64,000 bases of DNA from assembly GCA_937861125.1 (NCBI GenBank), contig CALMAY010000037.1, positions 196,941 through 260,940 on the forward strand, written 5' to 3'. Source of the DNA: an uncultured bacterium. Its GTDB lineage: Bacteria > Patescibacteriota > Patescibacteriia > Magasanikbacterales > UBA922. Shown here in pieces: positions 61,769-64,000 of the stretch. The notes beneath the pieces were generated by a model. The model made no database searches. It had not been told where the DNA came from and was given only the letters and a program-made list of their open reading frames with translations. The position numbers and the translations under genes were made by a program. Every line of letters begins with the position of its first letter. The stretch's first letter is position 1.

Positions 61769-61797
61769 TTGATTTTCGCCCTTTATTAGGGTACGAT
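61769..61797 (+). promoter_or_regulatory. valS promoter (TTGATT-17-TACGAT), with the -10 ending 10 nt before the ATG
   Basis: ttgatt ttcgccctttattaggg tacgat accagatact ATG. Confidence 0.45.
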
Positions 61798-61807
61798 ACC
61801 AGATACT

Positions 61808-64000
61808 ATGTCTCTTATTGAATTACCAAAATCATACGAAGCCAAAGAGTACGAAGATCTCTTGTACAAAAAATGGGTAGAATCAGGGCTGTTTAACCCT
61901 GATATTTGTGTAGAAAAAGGCTACACAGAGCCAAATGCGACAGGGTATTCAATAGTATTGCCTCCACCGAATGTGACTGGAACGTTGCATATGGGTCATG
62001 CTGTTATGCTTGCCATTCAGGATGTGCTTATTCGATACCACCGCATGAAGGGAGATAGAACGCTTTGGGTGCCAGGAACTGATCATGCTGCCGTGGCGAC
62101 TCAAGTCAAAGTTGAAGGAAAAATGATTAAAGAAGAGGGATATACTAATCCAAAAGAAGAGTTGGGCCGCGAAGCGTTTTTGGAACGTGTTCGTGCATTT
62201 GCACAGGATTCTCATGATACGATAGTGAACCAGGCCAAGAAGATGGGTGCGTCACTGGATTGGTCTCGTGAAGCATATACACTTGATGAAGCACGTAACC
62301 TCGCGGTGCGGACAATGTTTGCGCAGATGCATGCTGACGGTTTGATCTATCGTGGCTATCGTGTCGTCAATTGGTCTGTCAAAGGACAATCAACGTGTAG
62401 TGATGATGAGCTTGTAATGATTGAACGTCCTGCAAAACTCTATACCTTTACCTACGGACCAGAATGTCCGATTGCGATCGCAACGACTCGTCCAGAAACA
62501 AAACTCGGAGATACTGCGATTGCAGTGCATCCTGAAGGAAGGTGGAAAGAGTACATTGGACAAACATTTACGATTTCTGATTTTGGACAGTCAGGTCACA
62601 CACTGACGTTGAAAGTGATTGGCGATGAAGGAGTAGAAGATGATTTTGGTACTGGTGCGCTCGGTGTGACTACGGCACACAGTCCGATTGACTTTGAAAT
62701 GTATACAAAACAAAAAGCACTGGGCAATGATATCGGGTTGATTTCGGTGATTGGTGAGGATGGAAACATGACGGCTCATGCAGGCGGCGAATATGCAGGC
62801 CTCTCTGTTGGTGATGCCAAAGAAAAGATTGTCTCTTGGCTTCGTGAAAGTGGAAGATTGCAAAAGGAAGAAGATATTACTCAAAACGTCGGCACCTCTG
62901 ATCGATTTTCTGATGTCGTAGAACCATTACCAAAGACACAGTGGTTTATCGATGTAAACAAAAAGATTGCTGGTAAAGGAATCTTTGCAGGACGACAGGT
63001 CTCTCTCAAAGAAATGATGCAAGAAGCCGTTCGTGGTGGGCATACCAAGATTGTTCCGGATCGTTTTGAAAAAACATATTTTCATTGGATTGATAATTTG
63101 CGTGACTGGTGTATTTCACGTCAGATTTGGTTTGGGCATCAGATTCCTGTATGGTATAAAACATTTAAAAAGCCAATTACCGTTACGGTGTGTCGACATG
63201 GGCAGTCAGAGCTGAATGTGTTGCATAAATCTGCGGGTCACATGGAGACATCTTTGACTGAAAAAGGGAGAGAAGATGCACAAAAAGCAAAAGAACTATT
63301 TGGAGATATTTCACAATATGATGCAGTATTTTGTTCTGATCTAGGTCGTGCAAAAGAAACGGCCACTATTATTTTTGGTACAGATGTTGAGATTCATTAT
63401 GATGCACGTTTGCGAGAAATTAATTACGGTGACCTTAATGGTGCTGATGATCATGCTGTAGATGAGTTAAGAATGGGCACGTATCCAAACGGAGAAAGTT
63501 ATCAAGATGTAAAAGCAAGAATAATACAGTTCTTTGATGATATTTCAGAAATGTATTCTGGAAAACGTATTGCTATTATTGGGCACACAGGCACTTATCA
63601 AATTATTGAGCATCTTGCGACAAATACTCCGTTGAGTATAGAGTATCTTTCAAGTCCTGCCAAACGAGAACCTCATACTTTTGTATTGAGTGATATTGCG
63701 ACTGTAAGTATAAAAGATTTGGATGGGGATGGGTGGGTGCAAGATCCTGATACACTTGACACTTGGTTTAGTGCTGGTATTTGGACATTTTCTGCACTAG
63801 GCTGGCCAAACGAAACAAATGATTTCAAGACATATCACCCAACAGCAGTGCTTGAAACGGGGTATGACATTTTGTTCTTTTGGGTTGCACGCATGATTCT
63901 TATGACGACATATGCGATCGGTAATGTGCCATTTAAAGATGTGTATCTGCATGGTCTCGTTCGTGATGAACAGGGGCGAAAGATGAGTAAGACACTGGGA
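61808..64000 (+). CDS. valS: Valyl-tRNA synthetase (3' end outside window) carrying an internal histidine-phosphatase domain insertion
   Basis: Hand translation gives an uninterrupted frame: PPPNVTGTLHMGHA, TTRPETKLGDTAIAVHPEG, WCISRQIWFGHQIPVWY, [insert with CRHGQSELN...IIGHTG], QDPDTLDTWFSAG, KMSKT. This ORF is absent from the ORF track, presumably because it runs off the window. Confidence 0.9.
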   Translation, partial: MSLIELPKSYEAKEYEDLLYKKWVESGLFNPDICVEKGYTEPNATGYSIVLPPPNVTGTLHMGHAVMLAIQDVLIRYHRMKGDRTLWVPGTDHAAVATQVKVEGKMIKEEGYTNPKEELGREAFLERVRAFAQDSHDTIVNQAKKMGASLDWSREAYTLDEARNLAVRTMFAQMHADGLIYRGYRVVNWSVKGQSTCSDDELVMIERPAKLYTFTYGPECPIAIATTRPETKLGDTAIAVHPEGRWKEYIGQTFTISDFGQSGHTLTLKVIGDEGVEDDFGTGALGVTTAHSPIDFEMYTKQKALGNDIGLISVIGEDGNMTAHAGGEYAGLSVGDAKEKIVSWLRESGRLQKEEDITQNVGTSDRFSDVVEPLPKTQWFIDVNKKIAGKGIFAGRQVSLKEMMQEAVRGGHTKIVPDRFEKTYFHWIDNLRDWCISRQIWFGHQIPVWYKTFKKPITVTVCRHGQSELNVLHKSAGHMETSLTEKGREDAQKAKELFGDISQYDAVFCSDLGRAKETATIIFGTDVEIHYDARLREINYGDLNGADDHAVDELRMGTYPNGESYQDVKARIIQFFDDISEMYSGKRIAIIGHTGTYQIIEHLATNTPLSIEYLSSPAKREPHTFVLSDIATVSIKDLDGDGWVQDPDTLDTWFSAGIWTFSALGWPNETNDFKTYHPTAVLETGYDILFFWVARMILMTTYAIGNVPFKDVYLHGLVRDEQGRKMSKTLG

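Overview
Dense (about 90% coding) bacterial chromosomal window using the standard code: TGA ends the aminotransferase gene at 34719-34721 and gpmI copy 1 at 58592-58594. All calls come from reading the ORF translations and the DNA by eye; no database search was run.

The backbone is housekeeping:
- rpoC 3' end, gatB, and a contiguous dTTP-synthesis module (dCMP deaminase, P-loop kinase, dut, thyA, folA, tmk)
- rplA, which is displaced from rplK
- zur-znuA-znuC-znuB, a DsbB/BdbC-like gene, a YibE/F-like gene, rplY, ftsW and gyrB
- secE-nusG-rplK, ldh, prmC-prfA, rpmE, secG, a family-5 solute-binding protein, tRNA-Leu(CAG) and RNase J
- an aminotransferase, trpS, a PilB/GspE ATPase and T-box-regulated thrS
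- a 942-aa membrane PP2C-like protein, miaA, yebC-ruvC, gap-pgk-eno-gpmI-gpmI, a DHH phosphoesterase and valS

Gene content and style (short genes, almost no Shine-Dalgarno sequences, extended -10 promoters close to start codons, partial pathways) suggest a small-genome Patescibacteria/CPR-like organism. That is inference only.

Most unusual observations:
1. A complete histidine-phosphatase domain is inserted in frame inside the ValRS catalytic core (63158-63739).
2. Five-unit 9-bp AGCCTNNTA arrays end 4-5 nt before the ATGs of secE, nusG and prfA. Other short-period arrays lie next to other starts and stops.
3. Two perfect 7-1-7 palindromes (TGCAACTnAGTTGCA) sit in the spacers of divergent near-consensus promoters next to zur.
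4. Three strongly AT-rich ORFans are wedged between housekeeping genes. One is translationally coupled between thyA and folA, and one carries a HEPN-like Rx4H motif.
5. There are two dispersed repeat families (a MITE-like GTCATYCCGA element and a GATACAA/TTGTATC element), a GC-rich islet with an 87-aa membrane ORF, and tandem iPGM paralogues.

No CRISPR array, rRNA gene, transposase or integrase was seen.
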